Source: Allobaculum fili
GTDB taxonomy: Bacteria > Bacillota_I > Bacilli_A > Erysipelotrichales > Erysipelotrichaceae
Direction of reading: 5' to 3'
Assembly: GCF_020969955.1 (NCBI RefSeq)
Contig: NZ_JAHDSX010000007.1
Span: 36,973-68,972 of the forward strand
Length of the DNA stretch: 32,000 nt
Both the position numbers and the translations under genes were made by a program. How positions within the stretch are numbered: position 1 is the stretch's first letter; every line of letters begins with the position of its first letter. Under the pieces are notes generated by a model. It searched no databases, was not told the origin of the DNA, and saw only the letters and a list, made by a program, of their open reading frames with translations. This document shows, in pieces, positions 16,184-24,038 of the stretch.

Positions 16184-17512
16184 TCAGCCGAGTTTCTTAC
16201 GGCGAAGCGTTTTCGAATTCAGAATGACTGCGTCTTCAAAATGGTCATAAATTGCATCTCTATGTAGATCAGTGAGTCTGCGTCTGGCTGTCGGATTTTC
16301 TGGGTCTTCGATGTTGATTTTATAAGTCAATACCGTATAGCTGTCCTGAGGAATTTCCCAGAAGGAAACGCAGTAGTATGGCTCGCTGCCCTCCTCTTCT
16401 TGCCAGAACGAAAGGGAGGAGCGGATTTTGGTCTGCTTTCCGGATTTCAGCAGGACGTCCAGTTCTACAGTTCGGATGGCTTCCCAATACGTTTCAACGA
16501 TAAATCGGTTTATAGTTCCTTCATTTGCCGGGGTCTCCGATTCGATCTTGGAATTGTTTTTCGCATCGATCAGTTCGTTTCTGAATTGGGTCATATGGGA
16601 AATAAAAATTCGGTCATACACATTTAAGGATCCTATTTCCGGACTTTTCTCAGGAATGACGGATTGCTCATCGATTTTAAGAGATACATCAAGCACAGTG
16701 AATTTTTTACACCACGGATCCATCTTCTGGTCTTTATCACTTGTCTGATAAAGCAGCGATCCCTGGCCGAGCTCAAAATATTCAAGCTGATATCTTCGAA
16801 ATGTTAAATAGGCCATTGATCCCGCATCGTCCTGCAGATTCACGTAACAGCCGCCCTTCGAAACGCGTTTTCCAAGCCATTGCAGTCGAGGCTTTATTTC
16901 CTTTATATAGCTTCGTACCCGATCGAGAACAGGAAGAAAATCCTGAACTTTACGATCGTAAAGCCATTCATTAAAAAGATTTACGCCTAGGACACAATCA
17001 AACTGCATCAGATCGCATTCTCCTTCACTTATCATCGTAATCTTTCGAAAGGATTTTTCCCTGGAAACAAGCCGTTCAAAAGGGATAGCCGATGAGGAAG
17101 TATCGAGTACATAAATGGGCGATTGAGGAAATCTCTTCACAGCAGCCCCGGCATAAAGCAGCGCCTCTGGTCCCCATACGAGAATGGACTGTCCATTGAC
17201 CGATGGCATATGTTTCATAAGCAGATTCAAATTTAAGATCAGACGCATAAAGCGCAAATATGAGGATTCCGACTGCCAGTTTCTCCTTTTCAGAACAAAA
17301 CTGTCCAGATGAATTTCGCCAAAATGCGCATATCCATTTTGATCACATGTGTAATCTTTCATTACATCCGCAAGACCAAGGCGGTCAGCATAAGCGATAA
17401 CGGATGGATTCTCATCCCGAATTTTTGGAACGATAGAGCTCCAGGAGGGTAATTTCGCACTTTTCTTTTTCTTTTTGGAAGACTTTGCGGAAGACTTTTT
17501 CTTTTGACTCAT
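16184..17512 (-). CDS. hypothetical protein, 442 aa, poly-lysine N-terminal tail; central region vaguely Rossmann/methyltransferase-like
   Basis: SD GAGGAG lies 5 nt before the ATG. MSQKKKSSAKSSKKKKKSAKLP... then ...QSILVWGPEALLYAGAAVKRFPQSPIYVLDTSSSAI...FDCVLGVNLFNEW. Sampled lines here are ~38-45% GC, versus ~50-60% in core genes (rough hand counts). No family recognised. Confidence 0.8.
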   Translation of the reverse strand: MSQKKKSSAKSSKKKKKSAKLPSWSSIVPKIRDENPSVIAYADRLGLADVMKDYTCDQNGYAHFGEIHLDSFVLKRRNWQSESSYLRFMRLILNLNLLMKHMPSVNGQSILVWGPEALLYAGAAVKRFPQSPIYVLDTSSSAIPFERLVSREKSFRKITMISEGECDLMQFDCVLGVNLFNEWLYDRKVQDFLPVLDRVRSYIKEIKPRLQWLGKRVSKGGCYVNLQDDAGSMAYLTFRRYQLEYFELGQGSLLYQTSDKDQKMDPWCKKFTVLDVSLKIDEQSVIPEKSPEIGSLNVYDRIFISHMTQFRNELIDAKNNSKIESETPANEGTINRFIVETYWEAIRTVELDVLLKSGKQTKIRSSLSFWQEEEGSEPYYCVSFWEIPQDSYTVLTYKINIEDPENPTARRRLTDLHRDAIYDHFEDAVILNSKTLRRKKLG

Positions 17513-17756
17513 ATGGACTCCTCGTATAAATCCTGATCAGTTTCAGCAATTTCCCTTACTTGACGAACTTCGAGGTGCGTTAACATCTTGAACAGGTCAG
17601 GATACTTTTCATTTGATAAACGATCCGCGTTCTGAACCTGGACCAGCCTTTACTTTCTATAAAAAACTGGTAAGGCCCTGAAAACTCTATTCTTTCTGAG
17701 ATACAGACGGTAAGGAGTTCGGCAGAACGGGCTTTCAAATCCATAGTTTAACAGAC

Positions 17757-17802
17757 AAAAAGCTGAAAAGAGTGAATGGGCTGATTCGCTTTTCAGCTTT
17801 TT
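17757..17802 (-). terminator. intrinsic (bidirectional-looking) terminator after the Csx16-like gene
   Basis: AAAAGCTGAAAAG-N18-CTTTTCAGCTTTT: a perfect 13-bp stem with A/T runs on both flanks, 18 nt below the stop at 17820. Confidence 0.75.
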
Positions 17803-17819
17803 GGCGTATCCGAATCGAT

Positions 17820-18350
17820 TTATAAAGCCGGCAGCTCTGGAGCAGTGGAAATATCCGCGTCAATTGAAATTTCTGTCTCAGCGGCCCGTACAAACACGAG
17901 CTGCGGTCCAAGTTCTTCAATTTCCTCAGCGGTGATAGTATCAAAGTCAATATCCGCCATTCGATGAATCCGGACAATATAGGCGCCCTGTGCGTATTTG
18001 AGCAGACCGACATTGATTCCTGAGGTATACACAATTTTTCCTTTTACATCTTTTGGTCTTGCTGTGGCTACAATCGGGGCATCCACAATGCCTTTGTACT
18101 TTCGAAACCATTCCACAATTCCGGGATGGCGGGAAACAATCACTTTGGAAGAATCAAAAGGAAGTCGAATGTAATAAATCGCCCGCTCATCGCTGGGAAG
18201 ATCGCTGTCATACGGCTTTTTGTACTGACAGGCAATCCGGCCTGTGAGAACCTCAATTTCAAAATCTTCTTCAAATGCGGCCTGTGCATGTTCATAACCG
18301 ACTTGCTGCAGCCGCATAAATCGTAAAGCACTTTTCGGAATTGTTTTCAT
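17820..18350 (-). CDS. Csx16-like (Cas_VVA1548-like) domain protein with ~70-aa N-terminal extension; no CRISPR-cas context
   Basis: SD AAAGGAG upstream. C-terminal ~100 aa: KVIVSRHPGIVEWFRKYKGI..PIVATARPKDVKGKIVYTSGINVGLLKYAQGAYIVRIHRMADIDFDTITAEEIEELGPQLVFV. From memory this matches the Csx16 hallmark pattern (SRHPGAxEW ... GDxVxGxLP ... GAxY ... ELSAEE). The CDS is solid; the family call is unverified. Confidence 0.65.
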   Translation of the reverse strand: MKTIPKSALRFMRLQQVGYEHAQAAFEEDFEIEVLTGRIACQYKKPYDSDLPSDERAIYYIRLPFDSSKVIVSRHPGIVEWFRKYKGIVDAPIVATARPKDVKGKIVYTSGINVGLLKYAQGAYIVRIHRMADIDFDTITAEEIEELGPQLVFVRAAETEISIDADISTAPELPAL

Positions 18351-18433
18351 TGTTCCATTCTCCTTTGATCTCGATCAGCCTGCGATGTCTGAAAGGACTT
18401 GCGTCTTCAAAAATCGGGTAGCAGACATGTCGA

Positions 18434-18503
18434 ATTATATATGGAGGATTGGAGGTCTTTCGATCCGTGCCGGAATGTACACAAAACAGGGCAATTTTGT
18501 ACA
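18434..18503 (-). promoter_or_regulatory. candidate promoter and operator of the Csx16-like gene
   Basis: Reverse-strand TATAAT (18439..18434), with an upstream inverted repeat TGTACA(CA)AAA-N8-TTTTGTACA at 18476..18503. Confidence 0.3.
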
Positions 18504-18649
18504 GACGAATGGAAGGTCTACAGGCGTTCCGGCGAATCAGGATGACTGCTTCTCTTTCCATTCATGATCGAAATCTGCGCAAATCCATTGGATGACGCCC
18601 TCGTAACCCGCCTGGAGGAAGGGGATCCCCTGTTCGCTTGTCACGAAAG

Positions 18650-18690
18650 AACGCCGCAGACAAACGGAATTCCGTTTGTTCTGCGGCGTT
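18650..18690. repeat. 41-nt near-perfect palindrome (20-bp arms, one bulged T, centre GGAATTCC)
   Basis: AACGCCGCAGACAAACGGAA / TTCCGTTTGTTCTGCGGCGTT. Could act as a strong hairpin on either strand; flanking T-tracts are weak. Confidence 0.6.
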
Positions 18691-18774
18691 ACTCTTTAGA
18701 AATACTGGGTAAATCCATATTCTGGATGGCTTAGTCCACCCGCGTTCAGACAGAAGTTTTAAACCATCTGCTCA

Positions 18775-18814
18775 AGCCGTTCAAAAACCGATCAGAATCG
18801 GAAACGGCTGTTTT
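18775..18814 (-). terminator. putative terminator after the GH2 locus
   Basis: Nested hairpin AGCCGTT..CCGAT-caga-ATCGG..AACGGCT. On the reverse strand the inner hairpin is followed by TTTTTG; it lies ~30 nt below the stop at 18843. Confidence 0.45.
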
Positions 18815-18842
18815 GAATCCTGAGCGAACGTTGCAAGAGAGA

Positions 18843-19199
18843 CTAGAACAAAGAATTATTCGAATTCGGGACTTTGCGCAGACTCAGCAGCAGGCGGTTC
18901 ATGTGTTGGGCCTGTTCATCGATCTGGATCTGACTTTGCGGTGCAGAAAGAATGGATCTGGCCTTAGAGAGTTCCTCTTCCAGTTTATCCATCGAAGACT
19001 CTGGGAATTCCGTACGGTTCTCAAGCAGGCTTTCTGCTTTAGTAACAGTCATTTCCAGGGCGTCCAGAACAAAGTCGATTTTGGGATACTGAATAGCCGC
19101 AATACCGGCAAGAAGGGCTGAATTTAAAGTCTTGGCCTGGGTGGCATTGTCTTCCAACAGACCCGCAACGGCTTCATTAAAGCCTGGGTAAACTGCGCT
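18843..19199 (-). CDS. GH2 multidomain glycosidase, fragment 3 of 3 (C-terminal helical FIVAR-like repeats), separated from fragment 2 by a 1-nt frame break
   Basis: The frame is open from 19199. The sequence ...FNEAVAGLLEDNATQAKTLNSALLAGIAAIQYPKIDFVLDALEMTV... continues the helical repeats of fragment 2. The ORF track shows it as 18843..19157 (TTG start). Confidence 0.7.
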   Translation of the reverse strand, partial: SAVYPGFNEAVAGLLEDNATQAKTLNSALLAGIAAIQYPKIDFVLDALEMTVTKAESLLENRTEFPESSMDKLEEELSKARSILSAPQSQIQIDEQAQHMNRLLLSLRKVPNSNNSLF

Positions 19200-21916
19200 T
19201 TATGCGTCGAATCTGGATCGTAGTCTTTGGTGCGCAAAACGGTAATTGCCTTTACGACACTGTTTCCAAGATCCGATCCAAAAAGGGAAGACGGTCTGCG
19301 CAAAGCCTCAATAGCCGCATTGAGCGTATCGGTCAGTTCATCAATTTCTGACTGAGAGAAGCTGTAAGAGCGCAGCGCGAAGTCGGCTTCACTCAGGGCT
19401 TCCTGCAGGGAATTCCAGCCGCTTACATAATCGCTTTCCTTGAGGTTTTTCGCAGCTTCAACGGCTTTGGAAAGCGCGCTGCGATCTTCAAGCGTTCCAT
19501 ACGTTGTGGTAATCGTTTTGAAACCGAATTTGCCGGTGGTAACCAGACGGACCGTGTGAGTTCCCAAAGGCAGAGACTGAATATCGATTCCTTTGCGATA
19601 GGCATCTGTACTGTCTGTGCAGTTTACAACGCCATAGTCCTTGTCATCGATGTAAATATGGGCACCGGTTTTGCCGCCGTCAAACTTGGTCATCATGGAA
19701 ATGCCGGTACCGGTAAAGGCGTAGCTCAGCGTCGCATTGGCGCTGTTATTGTACGTTTCGTAATCGCCGGCCGCTTCATCTTTCCACTGCCCCCATCCGC
19801 TGCTCTTTTGAATCTGATCGGAAGAGCCATACAGGGTCGTATCGGGCGTACCTTCCACATATTCCGGTTTGGGAACGAGGCCGCTTTGACGAATTTCAAG
19901 GGCGTCAAAGCCAAATTTGCCGGTAGGGACAAGTCTTACGGTATGTTCGGCTTCTTCTTCTAATGAATGGGAGAAAACCGCTTCATACGTATTTTGTCCG
20001 TCGTTTCGCTTTGTGCTCACTGTTCCAAGCGACTGATCGTCTACGAAGACTTCACAGCCGCTCTGGCTGCCGTCTTTTTTCGCATAGAGAGTAAAGCGGC
20101 TTCCTGTGAAGGTATAGGAGAGGGAAGTGTTCTGCCAGTTATTCGATTCGACATACGTTTCGTAGCCGGAAAGCGTTCCTGCCTGCGTGCCAGAAGCCGG
20201 CCAGCGGCCCCAGGTTCCGGTTTTCTCCATTTCATCGCCAGGAACAACGACCGTTTGCGCTGGACGTTCCAGGGCGGTTTTGCGCTGTGGATATTTGCCG
20301 GCTTCGGCATCCTGTCCCTGATCGTCTTTGAGCGTAGTCGTAAAGACGCAGTCGCCCCCACAAGCAAGGGTATCCGTGTTCCAGATCATAAGCCGTAAAA
20401 CGCTGCCGTCTTTGAGATCTTCTGGAATCGACATGGACACGGGAAGGGAGACTTTTTCTTTGGCTTTGAGCGTGAGCGGTTTGCTCTGGACATCGACAAG
20501 AGTATTGTCGGGGGCAATCAGAGATGTGGTGATCATCAGATTCTGAGCCGTTTTGGACGTCAGATCCAGCTCACCTTCATACACAGTGCCTGGTACAAGC
20601 GATTCATAAGCGGCCATAAACTGGGCACTCAGGTCAGTTTTACCATCCTGTGTCAGCTTGCGTCGTACGCCGGAAAGACGGGCATTGCCTAAGGAAATCG
20701 AACCGTGCCCTTCGGTTTCCAGCTTCACATCGGGGCACCGATAAACAGAAACACGGATAGCGGCTGATTCGCCCGGTTCAAACGTCTTTTCATAAATCGT
20801 CTGATTTTTCGCGATCAGGCGCAGAAGGACCGTCTGGGAAGAGGGGTTGAAGGCTTCAGCTTCGAAAGCGCCATAGCCGCCGTCTTCTCTGGTGAAGTTA
20901 TTTACAGTCAGTTCCGTCTGGGCCGGCAGGGAAACGCCGTTGGAATAGCGGGTGTTTCCGTGCTTGAGCGGCTGACCGTCTGCTGTGCGATTTTTAATGA
21001 TGGTTTCGGGCAAATCGTCCAGATCGCACAGGTACTGATATCCGGTTTTGATCGGTTCATTGACCGACTTGAGCGAATACAGCTTCAGTTCGGAGAACGA
21101 GGCGTATTCGTCTTCTGGAATGGAATCAAACAGAACGCGGATGTTTCGATACGGTCTGGTTTTCAGGAATGTGATTTCATCCGGGGCTGTCTCAATGGTG
21201 GAGGCATCGTAGGAAACAAGCGTTTCCCAGTCGTCTTCGCTGACTGCATCTGCGGTTTTTCCCTGCAGCGTATAGGGCAGCTTTTTGCCGTCAAAGAGTA
21301 CGGCTGCTTTATAGAGAATGACTTCTCCATGTTCCATGGTCGCGTTGACGTACTGGCCAGGCCCGGCTGTGGAAGCTCTCCATGACGTTTTTGGATCCTG
21401 ATCGAGAACGTTCTGACGATCGGCTTCGTTGGAAGACGCTTCGCAGGGAACGCCGTTGAGATCGCGCAGTTCGTAGGCAGATGCCTCTTCAATATCGGTC
21501 AGAATAATGCCGTCATTGTTCATGAAGGAACCGTACAGTGTGGAAATATCCGCCTCGCTTTCTCCTGTGGAGTCGCCCGTGGTCCTCAGGGTGATTGCCG
21601 CCGATTTGAGACCTTCGCTTTCGGCGACGATGCGGGTGATGCCGGCGTAGTAGGAGCGGAATTCAATGGCGCCTTTTCCATCAAGCATGGATTTGTTTTC
21701 CGAATCCGGATCGAGAACAAAGGTTTTGCCGGTCGGGAAAATACCCGGGCCTGCTACGACTTTCAGCGTGATCTTGCGCTTTACGCCGATCCAGTTTCCT
21801 TCATCGTCTTTCAAAGTCGCGATGAGATGGGTATCCTGCGTGCCGTCATCGCGAAGAACGGTGTCGGAGGCGGTCAGTTCGATTTTTGTCGGGGTCCGGA
21901 CTTCGAGAATTCGGGC
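19124..21916 (-). CDS. GH2 multidomain glycosidase, fragment 2 of 3 (Ig-like/DUF4982-like region, F5/8 type C (CBM32-like) domain, two tandem CBM-like modules, helical repeats)
   Basis: The frame is open from 21916 (ARILEVRTPTKIELTASDTVLRDDGTQDTHLIATLKDDEGNWIGV...); the ORF track starts it at TTG 21814. Contains ...DQDPKTSWRAS...RNIRVLFD...FSELKLYSL (discoidin-like) and two ~110-aa repeats ending HTVRLV(P/T)TGKFGF. Confidence 0.8.
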   Translation of the reverse strand, partial: ARILEVRTPTKIELTASDTVLRDDGTQDTHLIATLKDDEGNWIGVKRKITLKVVAGPGIFPTGKTFVLDPDSENKSMLDGKGAIEFRSYYAGITRIVAESEGLKSAAITLRTTGDSTGESEADISTLYGSFMNNDGIILTDIEEASAYELRDLNGVPCEASSNEADRQNVLDQDPKTSWRASTAGPGQYVNATMEHGEVILYKAAVLFDGKKLPYTLQGKTADAVSEDDWETLVSYDASTIETAPDEITFLKTRPYRNIRVLFDSIPEDEYASFSELKLYSLKSVNEPIKTGYQYLCDLDDLPETIIKNRTADGQPLKHGNTRYSNGVSLPAQTELTVNNFTREDGGYGAFEAEAFNPSSQTVLLRLIAKNQTIYEKTFEPGESAAIRVSVYRCPDVKLETEGHGSISLGNARLSGVRRKLTQDGKTDLSAQFMAAYESLVPGTVYEGELDLTSKTAQNLMITTSLIAPDNTLVDVQSKPLTLKAKEKVSLPVSMSIPEDLKDGSVLRLMIWNTDTLACGGDCVFTTTLKDDQGQDAEAGKYPQRKTALERPAQTVVVPGDEMEKTGTWGRWPASGTQAGTLSGYETYVESNNWQNTSLSYTFTGSRFTLYAKKDGSQSGCEVFVDDQSLGTVSTKRNDGQNTYEAVFSHSLEEEAEHTVRLVPTGKFGFDALEIRQSGLVPKPEYVEGTPDTTLYGSSDQIQKSSGWGQWKDEAAGDYETYNNSANATLSYAFTGTGISMMTKFDGGKTGAHIYIDDKDYGVVNCTDSTDAYRKGIDIQSLPLGTHTVRLVTTGKFGFKTITTTYGTLEDRSALSKAVEAAKNLKESDYVSGWNSLQEALSEADFALRSYSFSQSEIDELTDTLNAAIEALRRPSSLFGSDLGNSVVKAITVLRTKDYDPDSTHKAQFTQALMKPLRVCWKTMPPRPRL

Positions 21917-23763
21917 TCAGGATGATCCGGATGGAATTCATGGCGATACCAGTACCATTCTTTTAAAGGCAGTCGATAGTAGTCGACGATGCCCATATCG
22001 CCATAGCTTCTCGCAGCGACCGTTCCATGATGGAACATGCACCAGAGGGAAACGCCGCTTCGCCAGGCGTATTCGATCGGGCGATCGTTCTGGCTTTGTA
22101 CATGATCGTAATGCGGTGCATAGGTGTCGCCCTGAGAGCGGTTAGCGGTATGCGAGCCGTATTCCGTAACCATGTTCGGTACGCCTGGATTCTGACAGGC
22201 GCCAATCGAAGCGCCGTCGCCGTTATAGCCGGCGACTTCAACGCCTTCAATTTTGTCATAGCCGTCGCGCTGCGTGCCGCCAAGGCCAACTGCACGGGTC
22301 GGATCGAGCTCTTTGCACTTTTTGGCCATGCGGGTAATCAGGGCGCGCTTTTTATCATTCGTGCTGGCGCCGGAGTCATCGTTTACACTCTGAAAGAACG
22401 TTTCGTTTCCCATGCTCCAGACCATGATGGACGGATGATTGCGGTGAATGCGAATCATTTCTTCCAGCATCTGCATGCAGGAGTCTTCAAACGCTGCCTG
22501 ATCTTTTACATGTGTCGGGTAGCCGTTGGCGGTATAATCGGACGAACCTGGATTTTCCAGATTTCCTTCGCCGCCGGCGCCGCCGATAAACCAGAAGGCA
22601 GCTTCGGACCAGTAGGCAATTCCGAGTTCATCGCACGCCTGCGTATAGATAGGAGAATGCGGATAATGACTGCCGCGGATAAAGTTGAATCCGCCGTCCT
22701 TGACCATTTGAACGTCACGAACCAGAGCCGAATCGCTGACGGCATTGCACCAGCCGGCGTGATCCTGATGGGCGTTTACGCCGTTGAGCCAGACGTGTTC
22801 GCCATTCAGGAAAAAGCCCTGATTGGCTGTCCATTCGCACCAGCGAAAGCCCATGCTCGTCTGAACGGAGTCGACCAGCGAGTCTGCACTGTAGACTTGG
22901 GTAACGACCGTATAAAGGTAGGGATCGGCCATGCTCCACAGATGAGGCTTGGAAATTCCAGTATACGTGTCATCAAAGATGGCGCTCTGTCCAGCTTCAA
23001 TCGTTTTGGGGCTGGAAGAAAACTGAGCGACGGCTTGGCCGTTGGCGTCCAGCAGTGTATGGCGTACACGAACCTCGGCAGCCGTTTCGTTCTGGTTTTC
23101 TACCTCCGCCTGCATGCGCAGATCGGAAGACGATCTGGATACGTTTGGCGTCTGTACAAACGTACCGTACCAGGCGACATGAACCGGGTTTTCATAAATC
23201 AGCTTTACATCGCGGTAAATACCGCCGGTGAAATTATGGTCGCCAGCACGCGGAGCAAGCTGCGGATTCCAGGTGTTGTCAACTTTTGCGGCGAGGACGT
23301 TCGTTCCTTCGTGCAGATACTCGCTCAAGTCGAATTCAAAGCCGGTATAGCCGCCTTGATGACTGCCGACTTTATCGCCGTTGACGTACAGATCGATGGT
23401 GTGGAAGACACCGTCAAAATCGATCTTGATTTTGTTCTGAAGCGATTCGGCACTGACTTCGAATGTCTTTCGATACCAGCCGATGCCAGTGTAAAACTTC
23501 TGTTCCATGAAATAGGGAATGCTGAAATCGTGCGGCAGGCTGACGTTATACCAGTTCGCGTCGTTAAAATCGCTCTGGTACGCCTGCGGTTCATCTCTGC
23601 GGACAAACTTCCAGCCGCGGTTGAAGTTTTCCTCTTTGCGTACGCTGGTCTGGGCCGGGGGATCAATGGCTTCTTTTGCCTGCAGCAGGGCAGGAGGCGC
23701 CATAAGGCTCAGAAACGTAAGGACAGAAAGGAGATACATCCATACCTTCTGAATACTTTTCAT
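21874..23763 (-). CDS. GH2 multidomain glycosidase, fragment 1 of 3 (signal peptide + glycoside hydrolase family 2 sugar-binding, Ig-like and TIM-barrel catalytic domains)
   Basis: MKSIQKVWMYLLSVLTFLSLMAPPALLQAKE signal peptide from ATG 23763. NFNRGWKF...WYNVSLPHDFSIP...GIGWYRKTF...VYVNG..VG.H.GGYT.FEFD...NFIRGSHYPHS...WSMGNE are GH2 hallmarks. The ORF-track start 23952 is an unsupported upstream extension. Confidence 0.85.
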   Translation of the reverse strand: MKSIQKVWMYLLSVLTFLSLMAPPALLQAKEAIDPPAQTSVRKEENFNRGWKFVRRDEPQAYQSDFNDANWYNVSLPHDFSIPYFMEQKFYTGIGWYRKTFEVSAESLQNKIKIDFDGVFHTIDLYVNGDKVGSHQGGYTGFEFDLSEYLHEGTNVLAAKVDNTWNPQLAPRAGDHNFTGGIYRDVKLIYENPVHVAWYGTFVQTPNVSRSSSDLRMQAEVENQNETAAEVRVRHTLLDANGQAVAQFSSSPKTIEAGQSAIFDDTYTGISKPHLWSMADPYLYTVVTQVYSADSLVDSVQTSMGFRWCEWTANQGFFLNGEHVWLNGVNAHQDHAGWCNAVSDSALVRDVQMVKDGGFNFIRGSHYPHSPIYTQACDELGIAYWSEAAFWFIGGAGGEGNLENPGSSDYTANGYPTHVKDQAAFEDSCMQMLEEMIRIHRNHPSIMVWSMGNETFFQSVNDDSGASTNDKKRALITRMAKKCKELDPTRAVGLGGTQRDGYDKIEGVEVAGYNGDGASIGACQNPGVPNMVTEYGSHTANRSQGDTYAPHYDHVQSQNDRPIEYAWRSGVSLWCMFHHGTVAARSYGDMGIVDYYRLPLKEWYWYRHEFHPDHPEPEFSKSGPRQKSN

Positions 23764-24038
23764 ACTTTTCTCTCTTTCTTCTCCAGGCTGATCGCGAAAA
23801 TTGCCCGAATATTGTCGGATCGGTCTGTCTGTTTTCAGTATAGACGACCTGAAAGCGATTCCAGACGCTTTGGAAGATTCAACAATACTCAGATTGCAGA
23901 CAAAACAGAGAAAGGGAAGAGGCCGCTGTATTTCGGTCATTGGAGGGATCATCCGAAAAGCGGAACTTTATAATGAAGACTGTAATTAAAGATCGTACAA
24001 AGCAAAAAAGATACGTATGATCAGGAGGTACTCGCTTA

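Noticed and set aside
22027-23973. 648-aa forward-strand ORF opposite the GH2 catalytic region
   Set aside because: It is a shadow of the reverse-strand GH2 gene, which carries unmistakable GH2 motifs and a signal peptide. The forward translation has no recognisable features.
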